Positions 11,399-24,784 of a stretch of DNA of 64,000 bases are shown piece by piece; position 1 is the stretch's first letter; each line of letters opens with the position of its first letter. The notes under the pieces were generated by a model that saw only the letters and a list, made by a program, of their open reading frames with translations, ran no database searches and was not told the DNA's origin. The stretch spans positions 22,198,001 through 22,262,000 of the forward strand of contig NC_086109.1 in the NCBI RefSeq assembly GCF_963921235.1, given 5' to 3'. This DNA is from Mobula hypostoma (lineage: Eukaryota). The position numbers and the translations under genes were made by a program.

Positions 11399-14262
11399 TA
11401 TCCTGGCAGGCAGGTTTACTAGAGCTGTTAAACTAGTTTGGCAGGGGGGTGGCAATCAGAATGTGAATGCAGAGATTAGGGTAGAAGGACAAGGGCATGA
11501 TGCTAGGTGTTCTGAGTTGGTGAGGAAGGACAGGCAAGGGACAAAACATTAATGTAGCCAGTTAGAGGGGTTGAAATGTGTCTATTTCAACGCTAGGAGT
11601 ATTAGGAATAAAGGGGATGAATTTAGAGCATGGATCAGTACGTGGAACTACTATGTTGTGGCCATTACTGAAACTTGGTTGGAGGAAGGGCAGGATTGGC
11701 TGATGCAGATACCGGGGTTTAGGTGTTTTAAAAGGAATAGGATGGGAGGTAGAAAAGGGGGGGGGGGGAGTAGCATTACTGATCAGGGATAGTATCACGG
11801 CTATAGAAAGGGAGGAAGCTGCAGAGGGAGTGTCCACTGAGTCGGTGTGGGTGGAAGTCAGAAATAGGAACGGATCAATCACTGTGCTGGGATTAGTCTA
11901 TAGGCCCCCAAATAGCCTTCGGGACACTGAGGAGCAGATAAGCAGGCAGATTTTAGAATGGTGCAGGAAATACAGGGTTGTAGTTATGGGTGATTTCAAC
12001 TTCCCTCATATTGACTGGCACCTCCTGACTGCAAGGGGGATAGATGGGGCTGAATTTGTCAGGTGTGTTCAAGGAGGATTCCTGACACAGAACGTGGACT
12101 GACCGACGAGAGGAGAGGCCGTACTGGATCTAATTCTGGGTAATGAACCTGGTCAGGTGGCAGACTTCTTGGTGGGGGAGCATTTTGGTGAGAGTGACCA
12201 CAACTCTCTTAGCTTCAGCATAGCTATGGAAAAGGATAAAAACAGACAAAATGGGAAAGTGCTTAACTGGGGAAGGGATAACTATGAAGGGATGAGGCAG
12301 GAACTAGCGAGAGTAAATTGGAAACAGATGTTCAAGGGTGAAAGCACAGAAGTAATGTGGAGTAAGTTTATGGACCACTTGTGCTGGGTTCAGGATAGGT
12401 TTGTCCCACTCAGACAAGGAAAAAATGGTAGGAAAAGGGAACCATGGCTGACGAAACACGTGAGGCAACTCGTCAAGAAGAAGGAAGCATATGTAGGATA
12501 TAAGAAGCAGAAGGGGCTCATGAGAAATGTAGGGTAGCTAAGAAGGAGTTTAAGAAAGGACTTTGCTTCAGTATTCACAAGTGAAAAGGACTTTGATCAG
12601 CGTGAGGTTGAAATAGAACAGGCCTGTGTGCTGGACAATGTGGAGATTAAGGAAGAAGTGTTGGATCTTCTTAAAAACATCAAGATTGTTAAGTCCCCAG
12701 GGCCAGACGTGATATACCCCAGGTTGCTGTGGGATATGAGAGAAGAGATCACTGGAGCAGTAGCTCTGATCTTTGAATCCTCTTTGGCTGCAGGGGAGGT
12801 GCCGGAGGACTGGAGAATGGCAAATGTAGTTCCCTTGTTTAAAAAAGGTATAGGGAGAATCCTGGGAACTATAGACTGGTGCGTCTTATGTCAGTGGTCT
12901 GCAAACTTTTGGAAAGGATTCTTAAGGATAGGATCTACGAGCATTTGTAGACATACAGTTTACTCAAGGATAGTCAACATGGCTTTGTGAAGGGAAGGTC
13001 GTGCCTCACAAGCCTAACTGAGTTTTTTGAAGAGGTAACAAAAGAAATTGATGAGGGTAGGGCGGTAGATGTGGTCTACATGGATTTTAGCAAGGCATTT
13101 GACAAGGTCCCCCACAAGAGACTCATCCGAAAAGTCATGAGGCATGGGATCAGTGGAACTTTGGCTGTTTGGATAAAAAAAATTGGCTTACAGGAAAAAA
13201 GCAGAGGGTAGTAGTGGAAGGAAAGTATTCTGCCTGGAGGTCGGTGACTAGTGGAGTGCCGCAAGGATCTGTCCTGGGACTCCTGCTCTTGGTGATTTTT
13301 TTTTTTATAAATGGCCTGGATGAAGAGGTAGAAGGATGGGTGAGTAAGTTTGTGGATGACACGAAGATTGGAGGAGTTGTGGATGGAGCTGTAGGTTGTC
13401 GAAGGTTACAAGAGGATATAGACAGGATGCAGAGTTGGGCAGAAAAGTGGCAGATGGAGTTCAATCTGGATAAGTGTGAGGTGATGCATTTTGGAAGGAC
13501 AGACCAGAAGGGTACAGGGTTAATTGTCAGTTACTTAAGAGCATGGATGAACAGAGCAACCTTGGGGTTCAAATTCATACATCCCTCAAGGTCACTGCAC
13601 AGGTTGATAGGATAGTTAAGAAGGTCTATGGGATGCTAGGCTTCATTAATAGGGTGATTGAATTCAAGAGTAGAGAGGTCATGTTGCAACTCTACAAAAC
13701 TCTGGTGAGACCACACCTAGAGTATTGTGTTCAATTCTGATCTCCTCTTTGTAGGAAGGATGTGGAAGCTATGGAGAGGGTGCAGAGGAGATTTACCAGG
13801 ATGTTGCCTGGATTAGAAAACAAGTCTTATGAGGCAAGGTTAGCAGAGCTGGGACTTTTCTCTTTGGAGCATAGAAGGATGAGAGGGGACTTGACAGAGG
13901 TCTGCAAGATTATGAGAGGCATAGGTAGAGTGGATAGCCAGTACCTGTTTCCCAGGACACGAATAGCAAACACCAGAGGGCATATGTACAAAGTTAAGGG
14001 AGGGAAGTTTAGGGGAGACATCAGGGGTAAGTTTTTTTACACAGAGTGTTGTGGGTGCCTGGACTGACTTGCCAGGGATGGTGGTGGAGGCTAAAACATT
14101 AGGGGTATTTAAGAGCCTCTTGGACAGGCACATGGATGAAAGAAAAATAGAGGGTTATGGGGTGGTGTGGGTTTAGTACTTTTTTAAAGAAGAAATATAT
14201 GGGTCGGCACAACATCGAGGGCCGAAGGGCCCGTACTGTGCTGTAGTATTCTAGTGTCTAGT
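11399..14262 (+). mobile_element. 5'-truncated CR1 LINE (ORF1 end, EN, RT), frameshifted
   Basis: YFNARSIRNK, ITETWL, YRPP, MGDFN, DFSKAFDKVPH and KFVDDTK in successive broken ORFs; tail TAGTATTCTAGTGTCTAGT. Confidence 0.95.
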
Positions 14263-15306
14263 AGCTTTTGGAGGTGAGGTACCTTTGTTTGCCTGATTCT
14301 TTTAAGATTTTGCTTTGTTTTAGCTTATACCAATTAAGGAGATATAATGGGTAGAGGAGTTAATACCTCTGAAAATCTTGATTAGTTTGTCTGGCAGCCT
14401 TAATTGACATTCATCTAGCCAGTTTACAATGTAACATTTAAAATCCTCTCTGCTTTCTGTTGAATCTTTGCTCTATCTTGTCCAAGGTTCATACATTTCA
14501 ACCACTTCCCTCCCCCACCTCATAGAACTAAAATTTAGTGCAAAATACTAAACGCTGTGCTCCAAGTTGTCTGATTTAATGTTATAAAAATACAGCGGGG
14601 CTCTCAGTATTTTCCAACCCTCTTGAGCTAAAAGTCGGAATTCAATCATGTTTTGTACCTGCGGGTTATCTTTTAATGATTAGTGTCTGTCAGCACTGTG
14701 CTCCCTTTGCTCCTAAAAGATCCTAAGTAGATGACAACTACTAGTTTTGTATACTCAATTTATCTTGCTCCCATTTATACATATAATTTGCACACTTGCA
14801 AGTGCAGCATTCTATTCCTATCTGGTGTAAATCTGAGGCCTTATTTATACCCTAAAGCAATACTACTTGACCCATTCATCTGTCAGAACATCATCCTTTA
14901 TTGTAATGCTGTCTTGCACCTCCTGACTATAACCATGTGACAGGTGTGCCTCCCGTCTTAATGCTTAGTTTTTCTAATGTTCTTGTTTGGAATCCATATT
15001 GCCAACATCAATAGAAACTTGTTCTATCCACTATGCTGGTAGCCATCTTTAATTCTACTAGAATAGTCACCTATGATTTATAATCCACATACATGAAAGC
15101 CGATATTCTAATTATTTGATACCTGCTTGCACCACAATTTAATAAACCAGGGCTGGAAATGGAAAGAGTAAATAGTCCCACTCATGGCATGAAATCTGAG
15201 GTGCTGGTTGCTATATGTTGTGGTTTATGGCTGTTATCTATACTGAGTTGGAGTTGACTTTTATTTGTGGAATTGATCAAACTGTTCTTTAATTTCAAAA
15301 TTGCAG

Positions 15307-15364
15307 AGCTTCCATACGGCTGGGAAAAGATCAGTGATCCAGTTTATGGCTTCTACTACATTGA
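15307..15364 (+). CDS. MAGI3: MAGI3-like exon A (WW2 first half: ELPYGWEKISDPVYGFYYID)
   Basis: ttgcag acceptor, gtaagt donor; WW signature; phase 1 to 2 fits the next exon. Confidence 0.92.
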
Positions 15365-15449
15365 GTAAGTTGTCCCAAAATATAAAGTATAACTCTATGG
15401 CTTCTACTACATTGAGTAAGTTGTCCCAAAATATAAAGTATAACTCTAT
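15345..15449 (+). repeat. Perfect 51-bp tandem duplication spanning the exon A donor
   Basis: TATGGCTTCTACTACATTGAGTAAGTTGTCCCAAAATATAAAGTATAACTC at 15345-15395 and 15396-15446. Confidence 0.97.
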
Positions 15450-16204
15450 CTGTTTGGAACTAGTCTTGCCCAACTGTTTTGATACAAGCTTGTACGAAAG
15501 CTTTTTGCACATGGTTTTTCCCTGCTGTTGAAGCTGCATGTAGTAGCAGTTGTGGTGCAAATTTCAAGTGTTGAGTGTCACCTAGCCTAGTCAGGTAGTA
15601 AATGGCTGCTGATTCCTACCTGTTGAGGTATTAATGTCAAGCTTGTTGCTATTTTTAAGTTCCAAGTGTTCCTGTTGCATCATCTGTACACTCAAGCCCT
15701 TCTGTTTCAAGGAGATTTTCTTTTCACTGCCTACCTTGCTGTTCATACACCTGTTGTGCACAAATTAAATATGCAGCCCAGCTTCCCTGCCTAATTTAAT
15801 ATCTTGCTGATAATTTCCTATACCGATTGTACGGCTATCATTTAATTGAGGTTCATTTATATCTTGTGTTGAATACCAACTTGTATTATGTACATTTTAA
15901 GTTGTGGAGTCTTGGAAGTTTTGCTTTATATCATCATTGCTCCTGATCAATAATTGCTCCTACCTTTCGCTCTATAATAGCTTGCCTTTTGTTCTTGTTG
16001 CCATGTAGTGCATTCTTCAAGGTCCTGTAGTCAAAAACGAAGTAACTCTAACATCTTTTAGTACTGAAAGCCATTAATTAAAAATACTTTCTTTGTCCAT
16101 CCACCATGATCCCTATTATGTCTACTCACCAGAGAAGCCCTTCCACATCCGTGCTGTCTCAGTTTAGCATGCCTTTTCCATCAACCCTTGACAGTATCAC
16201 TGCA

Positions 16205-17480
16205 ACACATAAAATGGTGGTGGAATTCAGGAGGCCGGTCAGCATTGATGGAAAAGAGTGTAGTCAACGTTTTGAGCTGAAACCCTTCATTGAGACTGGA
16301 AAAAAAAAGATGAGAAGTTAGAGCAAGAAGTTAGGGGAGGTGAGGAAGAAGTACAGAGTGGTAGATGATGGGTGAAACGGAGAGGAGGAGGGATGAAGTA
16401 AAGAGCTGGGAAGCTGGTAGGTGAAAGAGATAGAAGGCTGGAGAAGGGGGAATCTGGTGGGAGGCCATGGAATAAAGGATGGGGGAGGTTAATGGGTAGG
16501 AAAGGAGATCAGGTGAGAGAGGAAAATGAGAATGGTGGGGGGGGGGGGCAATTACCAGAAGTTTGAGAAATTGATGTTCATGCCATCAGGTTGAGGGCTA
16601 CCCTGACAGAACATAAAGTGTTCCTCTTCCAACCTGAATGTGGCCTCATTGCAGCAGTAGGGGTGGCCATTGACTGACATGATGGAATGGGAAATAGAAT
16701 TGAAATCGGTGGCTACTGGGAAGTCCTGCTTTTTGTGGCAGACGCAGCGTAGCTGCTCGGTGAATTAGTCTCCCAATCTACATCGTGTCTCACCAATAAA
16801 CAGTAGGCTACACTGGGAGCATTGGATACAGTAAATGACCCCAACAGACTCGCAGGTGAAGTGTCGCCTCACCTGGAAGGACTGTTTGGGGCCCTGAATG
16901 GTAGTGAAGGAGACGGTGTAGGGCACTTGTTCTGCTTGCAAGTGTAACTGCTAGGAGGGAGATTGGTGGGGAGGGATGAATGGACAAGGAAGTGATCCTT
17001 GTGGAAAGTGGTGGTGAGGGACAGATATGCTTGGTGGGATCCTGTTGGAGATGGCAGAAGTCAAGGAGAATTGTGCTAGATGCAGGGCTACTGGAATGGT
17101 AGATGAAGACAAAAGGAGCCCTGTCCCTAGTGGAGTGTGTGGCAGGATGGGGTGAGGGCAGCGTTGATGGTGGAGGAAGGAAAGCCCCTTTCTTTGAAGA
17201 AGGAATGCACCTCATTAGTTCTGGAATGAAAAGCCTCATCCTGAGAGCAGATGAGGCAAAGATGGAGGAACAGAGAGAAGGGAATGGCATTTTTATAAGT
17301 GACAGGGTGCGAAGAGGGATAATCCAGTTAGCTGTGAGTATCAGTGGGTTTGTCAAGGGTTGATGGAAAGGGCATGCTCTAGATAAACTGTCTCCAGCGG
17401 TGGAGACAGATATCGAGAAAGGGGAGGGAGGTGTCGGAAATGGACCAGGTAAATTTGGGGATAGGATTGGAGTTGGAGAA
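16205..17480 (-). mobile_element. Penelope-like retroelement, 3' part (RT thumb and GIY-YIG remnant, terminal repeat)
   Basis: Minus strand encodes GPKQSFQVRRHFTCESVGVIYCIQCSQCSLLFIGETRCRLGD (GIY-YIG-type) across frameshifts; terminal repeat with degenerate hammerhead-like core near 16258-16297. Confidence 0.85.
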
Positions 17481-17930
17481 AGAATGTCAGTACTACTCTG
17501 GAGCTTTTTTCTCTCGTAAGGCCATTAAGGATCCCCACCGCTGAACTGATTACTTTTGCTGTCTTTCACTAATTTATCTTTTGTACATGTTTCTTACTAT
17601 TATTTATAGTATTTTAACTATTGCACTGTAGTGCTGCCGCAAAACAAGTTTCATGACATAATAAACCTGATTCTGTTCTGAAACAACTTGGCACCCTGTG
17701 GATAATTCTAATGCTGTGATCCTTCTGATAACTTACTGAGCTGTAAGAAAACTTTGTGTTTTCTTTACATTTTGAGAAAAGGTGGGCCATCGTGCAGGGC
17801 TTTGTTGACAGTCTCTGTTAAAGATGAGTGTATTACAGAATCTGCCGGAAACTTTGTTGGTCGTAGTGCAAGTTGTTGCTCAGACTGTTCTCTTTGCCTT
17901 TTTCCCCGTCACCCCATCTGAACCTCTCAG

Positions 17931-18043
17931 CCATGTAAACCAGAGAACCCAGTTTGAGAATCCAGTCATTGAAGCAAAGCGGAAAAAGCAGCTGATGTAT
18001 CATCGGGACAGTCAGCGAGCGATGCACGGGGATCAGCGGCCAG
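17931..18043 (+). CDS. MAGI3: MAGI3-like exon B (WW2 second half: HVNQRTQFENPVIEAKRKKQL...)
   Basis: ctcag acceptor, gtactg donor; 113 nt, phase 2 to 1. Confidence 0.92.
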
Positions 18044-18477
18044 GTACTGCAGTCTGCATTTAGGAAGGGAAAAACCTTTCATCTGTATTTGTCCTTCCAT
18101 CACCTCCTGACATCCCAAGTCATTTAAAATCCCATAAAAGGTTGCTTGATTCCAATAAAAGCAGCCAAATTTCCAAATGCAAGCTCTCACCATAAGCACC
18201 GAGATAAAGTATCAGAGGGCACGGGTATTGGTTGAAAGGTAAAAAATGCACAAGTATTGGTTCACTAATATACAGCATGCGCACTTAACCATTTGTTAAA
18301 ATCTGATGTCTGTCTGGCAAATTCACATTTATTTTCCTTAATTTCTTATTGATTAAATATAAAATTTCATGACAGGGGATTCCAGCATCAGATTTTCTTG
18401 TTCTCTCCCTCTGTAGTTTTATCCACTTCTCTACTCTTTCCACCTTTGCCTCGTCCTGTCTTATTTTATTTTTAGTT

Positions 18478-18745
18478 ACTTAGAGAAACGGCGCATTAGG
18501 GCTAGGCCCTTCTGGCCCTTCAGGTTGCACCATCCAGCAATCCACCTATTTAACCCCGTCCCAATCATGGGACAATTTCCAATGACTAAATAACCTGTGG
18601 GAGGAAACCAGAGCACCCAGAGAAAATCCATGCATTCCACAGGGAGGTTGTACAAACTCCTTCGAGGATGCTAGAATTGAGCCCCTAACTCTGACATCCC
18701 AAGCTGTAATGGCACTGTGCTAACCCCTATGCTGTCATGGCGCCC
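18478..18745 (-). mobile_element. V-SINE (HE1-like) with CR1-like tail
   Basis: Core TGTGGGAGGAAACCAGAGCACCCAGAG; tail AGGCCCTTCTGGCCC resembles the CR1 3' stem-loop. Confidence 0.65.
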
Positions 18746-19369
18746 CATGGTATATGTCACTGCCCTGCACACAGTCCTCCCCTCTTCTGCCCGCTCAAAT
18801 ATCTTGGGAATTAAAAGTGAAATTTGTTATCAGATAGCACATGCCAAATGAGAACAGGTTTTTATGACTCAGGTGAAATAAAAATCTACACATGCCCTTT
18901 CATTTAATCTCTCTCTTGTTTCTGTAAGCTTTGCTTCAAAATTAAGAAAGGAAATAATTTCAAGAAATATTGAGCTTTCTGCTTCGGACACTTTCCAAAT
19001 GAGCACAGTGGTTTTGCACCCCTCTTTAACACATGGATATGGAAGCAATAGCAGCTGGAATGTGCACAGAGGTAAACTCTCCCTGTACACTGAAACATCC
19101 AGCTCTACAAACAGCAATGAAACATGAATAATAAAGTATCGGGTCAAAGGTAGGTTTATAAAGAAAGAGCTGACAGATTATTGCTTTAAGTTAACCAAGA
19201 GACTCTAGCCTAGAAAATTGATTACTTAAGCTGAGGATACTCGCCCACCTCCACAGTGCCTCCTTTTTTTTTGCCCTTCCACTTTTGCGTTCTTGCTTGC
19301 TCTCTTCTCCGCTCCCCTCCTCTCCCAGTCACTTTATCTCAAATACAATCACAGAACAAATCCAATTGA

Positions 19370-19690
<321 letters not shown>

Positions 19691-19819
19691 TAATACATTA
19701 AAGGGCAAGGGGGTGAGTGTTGTGGAGAGCTAGGCTGGGAAATAATAAGTGAGGAGAATGGGATAGAACTTTTGATTAAAAAGGAGATAAGAGGTTAAGG
19801 GGAGTAGAGAAAGAAAGAT

Positions 19820-20118
19820 TTAAGGTCCGGTACATACAGTGAAGTGTGTTGGCTTGCATCATTGACCAACACAGTCCAAGAAATGTGCCAGAGGCAGCCC
19901 ACTGGTGTCGCCACACGTTTGTGCTGGCATTGCATGCCCACAACTCAATACTGTACCCCTAACCATACATTTTTGGAATGTGCGAAGAACAAAAACATCT
20001 GGAGGAAACCCATGAGGTAATGTGGAGAACATACAAATTCCTCACAGAAATGGACCCTGAGCGGTGATTGCTGGTGCTGTAAAGTGTTCCACTAACCACT
20101 AGACCACTGTATTGACCC
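19820..20118 (-). mobile_element. V-SINE copy (same subfamily as 3938-4232)
   Basis: Shares AACACAGTCCAAG...GTGTCGCCAC...TTTGGAATGTG with the 3938 copy. Confidence 0.65.
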
Positions 20119-20689
20119 CTGCACTATCGCGCTGCATTCAGTATGCAGGAAGGTGGAAGACAAAGGACTGGAATCAAGTGGACCAAGAACTGTTGGAGAG
20201 TAAACGTGGACCGTGGTGGAAGTGGGAGGAATGAGTCCGGGGTGAATTAATCTAGGCAAGGGAAATTGAAAAAAGGAAATGGGAAATCACACGAACCTAG
20301 GGGGAACGAAACATGTGGATATGTGTGAGGGGAGAGAGATCAGGAGTGTGACCGCAGGAAGGAACGGAAATGAGTGGAGCACAAGAAGAGAAGTTTGGAA
20401 CTTTGGGATCCAGTGTGGTGGCATTGGGGTGTTGAATCTCTGTCCGGAGGCTATGCTTCCTTTCTTGAAGTTCTTTTTAAGAGGTAAACTGGTAGGTGTG
20501 AATTGGAGCAGGAGACCGGAGCAGTTGGTCAGTATTTCTTATTGCTGCTTTATCACCTGGTTATTAATTTACTTCAATGTTTAGTTTAGAGTAGATAAAG
20601 CTGTGGCATTGCCTCATGGGACATGCCTTAACAAGTCCCTAATGTGGTATATGTTAATCTGATTGTTTCGTTTGGGCTTTTATCTGCAG

Positions 20690-21295
20690 GTGATGTAATA
20701 GTGTACATAAACAGTACTTGTGTCCTTGGGCAGACTCACGCCGACGTTGTGCAGCTTTTCCAGTCTGTTCCCATCAACCAGACAGTGAAGCTGATTCTGT
20801 GTCGCGGCTACCCACTTCCCGTCGACACGCAGGTGCCAACCATCGACGTAGTGAGTGCCACTCCTGCCCTTGACGGGCTACCTCTAGCTGCAAAACAGGC
20901 AAGTGCCCCCCAGAGCCATCAGACCTCAGCCGGGCTCCCGGACCACAGTGGGAGAGAGGCCCCAGCGGGTGGTGTCGAACGCTTAAACGGACCTTACCTG
21001 GGCCTGACTGAAGACCGATCGTCAATGACCTCATCGGCAGGTTCGCAGCCTGAGACTCTCACCATCCCACTGCTCAAGGGGCCAAAAGGTTTTGGTTTTG
21101 CCATAGCGGACAGCCCAGCCGGGCAGAAAGTGAAGATGATCCTAGACAGCCAGTGGTGCAAAGGTCTACAGAAAGGTGATGTCATCAAGGAGGTTAACCA
21201 TCAGAGCATGCAGCAGCTGAGCCATGCCCAGGTGGTGGAGATCCTGAAGGACTGGCCTGTGGGGAGTGAAATATCACTGCTGGTCCAACGAGGAG
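20690..21295 (+). CDS. MAGI3: MAGI3-like exon D (PDZ1 C-half, linker, PDZ2)
   Basis: tctgcag acceptor, gtttgt donor; 606 nt; GDVIVYINSTCVLG...LCRGYPLP and KGPKGFGFAIADSPAGQKVKMILDSQWC are MAGI3-type. Confidence 0.95.
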
Positions 21296-21384
21296 GTTTG
21301 TTATTGCATTATTAACACTGCACCAATAATTTTTGAATCATCCCAATGAATTGTCCTGCTTAGCCCACTGAGTCTTTAACTACT

Positions 21385-21830
21385 ATTGGATGGATGTGGT
21401 GTCTTTAGAGAGGGTGCAGAGGAGATGCCAAGATGCTCTCTAGTCTTGGCAGCATGTCTTATGAAGATGGGTTAAGTGAGATGGCGCTTTTCTTTTTGGA
21501 GCAAAGGACGATGAGAGGTGACTTGATGATAGAGGTGTACAAGATGCTAAGTGGCATAGATGTAGTAGATGGCTAGTGACTTTTCCCCCATAGTGCAAAT
21601 GACTAAATTGAGGGGGTGTGATTTTTAAAATGTCTGGAGAAAAGTATGGGGGATGTTTTTTTAAAAATGGAGAGTGGTGGGTCTATGGAATGCCCTGTCA
21701 GTGGTAGTGGTAGAGATAGATACATTAAGGGCATTTAAGATGGTCAGGTTATGCTTGAGGGAAGGGTTAGTTTGATCTTGGAGTAGGTTAAAAGATCAGC
21801 ACAACATCGAGGGCCAAAAGTTTGATGTTC
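21385..21830 (+). mobile_element. CR1 3' fragment, degraded
   Basis: GAGAGGGTGCAGAGGAGAT...AGAGGTGACTTGAT...GCACAACATCGAGGGCC, as in the 11399-14262 copy. Confidence 0.8.
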
Positions 21831-22387
21831 CTCTCTACAATTTAAAAATAAAAGGAATTATGTATCCACGGGAACGAGTAGTATGACTTACTGGGTTAAA
21901 CCAGAGTTGTGAACTTAAACTTATTGAACAGGTTTAAGTATTCTCTTCTCTGGAACAGAGAATACGAAGTAAACTGCAATCATAGGGATTGGATACTGTT
22001 GATGTACAGGAAATTTCCAGAGAAAATTTCATGTCAGACCAAGTAAATTTCAGATGAAATATTCAGCTCTCAATTCTGGTTTAATCCAGCGTGTCTTCGT
22101 ACTCTTTCTCTGATCTCCATATTTCCTTTTGTTTTAATGTGCAGACAGGAACTGTAGTTGAAGAGTGGGCTAAACATTGGGATGAACTAAGTGAAAAATT
22201 TAGAAACAATGTCCTTGTCTAGAGTGCGTATAATTTGGGCCATTCCTAATTGTCCTTCAATTGATGATGGTGGTGAGCAAACATCTTGAAAGGATTCAGT
22301 GCTTCTGGTGAGGGCCCTTTCTCAATACTCTCTGGTACAGAATTCCAGGATTTAGAATCTGAAGATGTAGCAATCATACTAATTTTT

Positions 22388-22650
22388 TCTAGAGATACAA
22401 CATGGAACAAACCTTTCTGGCCCAATGAGCCATACCAATCAGCAACCCACTAATTTAACACTAACCTAATCATATAACAATTTACAATGACCAATTAATC
22501 AGTACATCTTTGGACTATGGGAGGAAACCAGAGCACCCAGAGGAAGCCCACATGCTCACAGGGAGAATATACAAACTCCTTATGGATGGTGCCAGAAATG
22601 ATTTCTGAACTCTGGTACGCCCTGAGCTGTAATAGTGTGACGCTCACTCA
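22388..22650 (-). mobile_element. V-SINE (HE1-like) copy
   Basis: Core TGGGAGGAAACCAGAGCACCCAGAGGAAGCCCAC; similar to 18478-18745. Confidence 0.65.
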
Positions 22651-24784
22651 GGCGAGTGTATGACTTTTAAGGGACGCTGCAAGCACTGATGTTCCTTGCA
22701 TCTGCCCTATCTCTTTCTGGATAGTGATGGTCATGGGTTTGTAAGATATTCCTTGAAGAGGCTTGGCTAATAACTGGAGTGCATTTTGTAGATGCCACTT
22801 GCTGCACCATTGGTCGAGGGAATGAATACTTAGGGTGGTGGATGGGGTACCAGTCAAGTGATGCTTAGTCTTGGATGGTTTTAAGCCTCAAGTATTGTGG
22901 CAGCTGCACTTGGGTATCCCATAACATTCCTGACTTGTGCCTTGAGGTCACAAGTGTTGACTCACTTCCTTCAGAATATCTAGCCCCTAGCCTGACTTAG
23001 TAACAGTAGTATTTATACAGTTGGTCCAGTTTGCTTCCCACCAACCCTGCCCATCCACTCCCTCTTTGAGAATATTTGTCATTGACCTTGAATATCAAAA
23101 GCAGTTGGTTGCAGTTTCTCCTGTTAAACTTTTTTTGCACTGGTTCATTTTCCAAGGAGTTGTGCATAAGACTGGGGCAAAAATTCAGTCATTGGTTAGC
23201 ATCCTCACTAATGGTAGAAGTTAGGTCATTGAAGCATCTGAAGATGGTTGAGGCCATTTCACAACCCCTGAGAAGCTCCTGGGGCGAGGTGATTAGCCTC
23301 CAACTTTGTTGCACAAGGTCTCACTGACCACTGGAGTGTTTTACTGTTTGATGCCCTACTCACAAATTTTTCCTTAATGTGAAAGGCAGAGTGCGTTAAT
23401 GTGCCTCCAGAAATGTGGTTTGTGCTTGAGACATGGGTGTGCCTCAAATTCTTGTGAAACTGGGCTTTGATGTACAGGCTGTTGGAGCGCAAATACCACC
23501 TTGTATGGCACTCTTTAATGGATAATAAACTGGGTGGTAATCAGATTAACTTGTCCTTTATGTAAACAAGGCTTTAAATATGTAAATTTCCACATTGCGG
23601 ACTAGAGGTTGGTTTTGTAGATCTTCTGGAGCAGCCAGGCTAGAGATGCAGCTGGTTTCTCAGAACAGCTGCATTGGTGTCAACTGGTTTATAGCTTTTG
23701 TTGTGTCTGTTGCAGTTGGAGACTTTTATATCTGATGAACTGATTAGTAATTTAATTGGTTCAGCACATTATGGGCTGAAGGGTCTGTCTGTGCTGTACT
23801 GTTCTATGAAGTGAATTAAATTTGCTAAACACTGGCACTGGCGGGTTCGTGGAGAATCTAAGTCATCATAGGGCATTACTCAGCACTTTTGGCTGGAGAT
23901 GGTTGCAGCTGTTGTAGCTTTCAGGACTCTCGTGCTGGGCCCTGTCATCATGGAGGCTGAGGATATTCTTGGAGCTGTCTTTCTGTCAGCTGTTTAATTA
24001 TCCAATATCATAAGACATAGGAATAGAATTTGTCCATTTGACTTATCAAATCTGCTCTGCCATTCAATCATGGCTGATTTATTTTCTCTCTCTCAACCTC
24101 ATTTGCAACCAAATTACTAAATGATTAATAATTGAACACTAATTTAATTGTTGATGACTAATTTATTTGGTTTGACACCACTGTGGACTGAAGGGACTGG
24201 CCCTGTGCTGTTAGTTGCAGTTCCATGCTGGTTTGTGTTTAGTGTGTATGTAATTCCATGATATAACCTTTCCATGTTAACACCTTTGTTTAGCTTCACT
24301 TGGTACTTCTGCATTTCAAAAGCAGAAATACTGGAAATACTTGGTGGGTTAGGCAGTAGTTGTGTGGAGAGACAATTAGTCTTTCAAGTCCTTGACCTTT
24401 CAATGGCTTTCTCTACTCATTAAGCTAGTATTCATCCCTGGCTTAATTTAATAGAAGAAAATTGAATCTGGCAGCTCACAGTGAAGCACTGTGGCCTATC
24501 AGCAAGCTGCAGAGAACGCCACCACAATATGTAATCTCATGGGTTAGGCACAATCTCTGATTTCATTTGCCAGACTCATGAGATTACATACAGTACTGTG
24601 TTGAGGTACATTGGTCCACATACCTGGTGAACCACCAGACCTGAAATGAAGATTGTGGAGACAATCTTCAATAAGAAGATAGGACTTTATTGCACAATCC
24701 TTGAGGACATGGTTACTTATACCAGTCTTCTGAAGAAGTGCTGTGGTATAGGATTCCAGGATTTCAATTGCTGGGGCACTGATG

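Noticed and set aside
1..15306. Upstream MAGI exons (PDZ0, GuK, WW1)
   Set aside because: No LPxNWEMAY/DHNTK-like coding sequence found by eye; probably outside the window.
15345..15449. CRISPR-like repeat
   Set aside because: Two adjacent copies with no spacer, eukaryotic context, no cas genes.
22650..24005. Very old LINE-like remnant on the minus strand
   Set aside because: Looks repetitive but is too decayed to assign a family or boundaries by eye.
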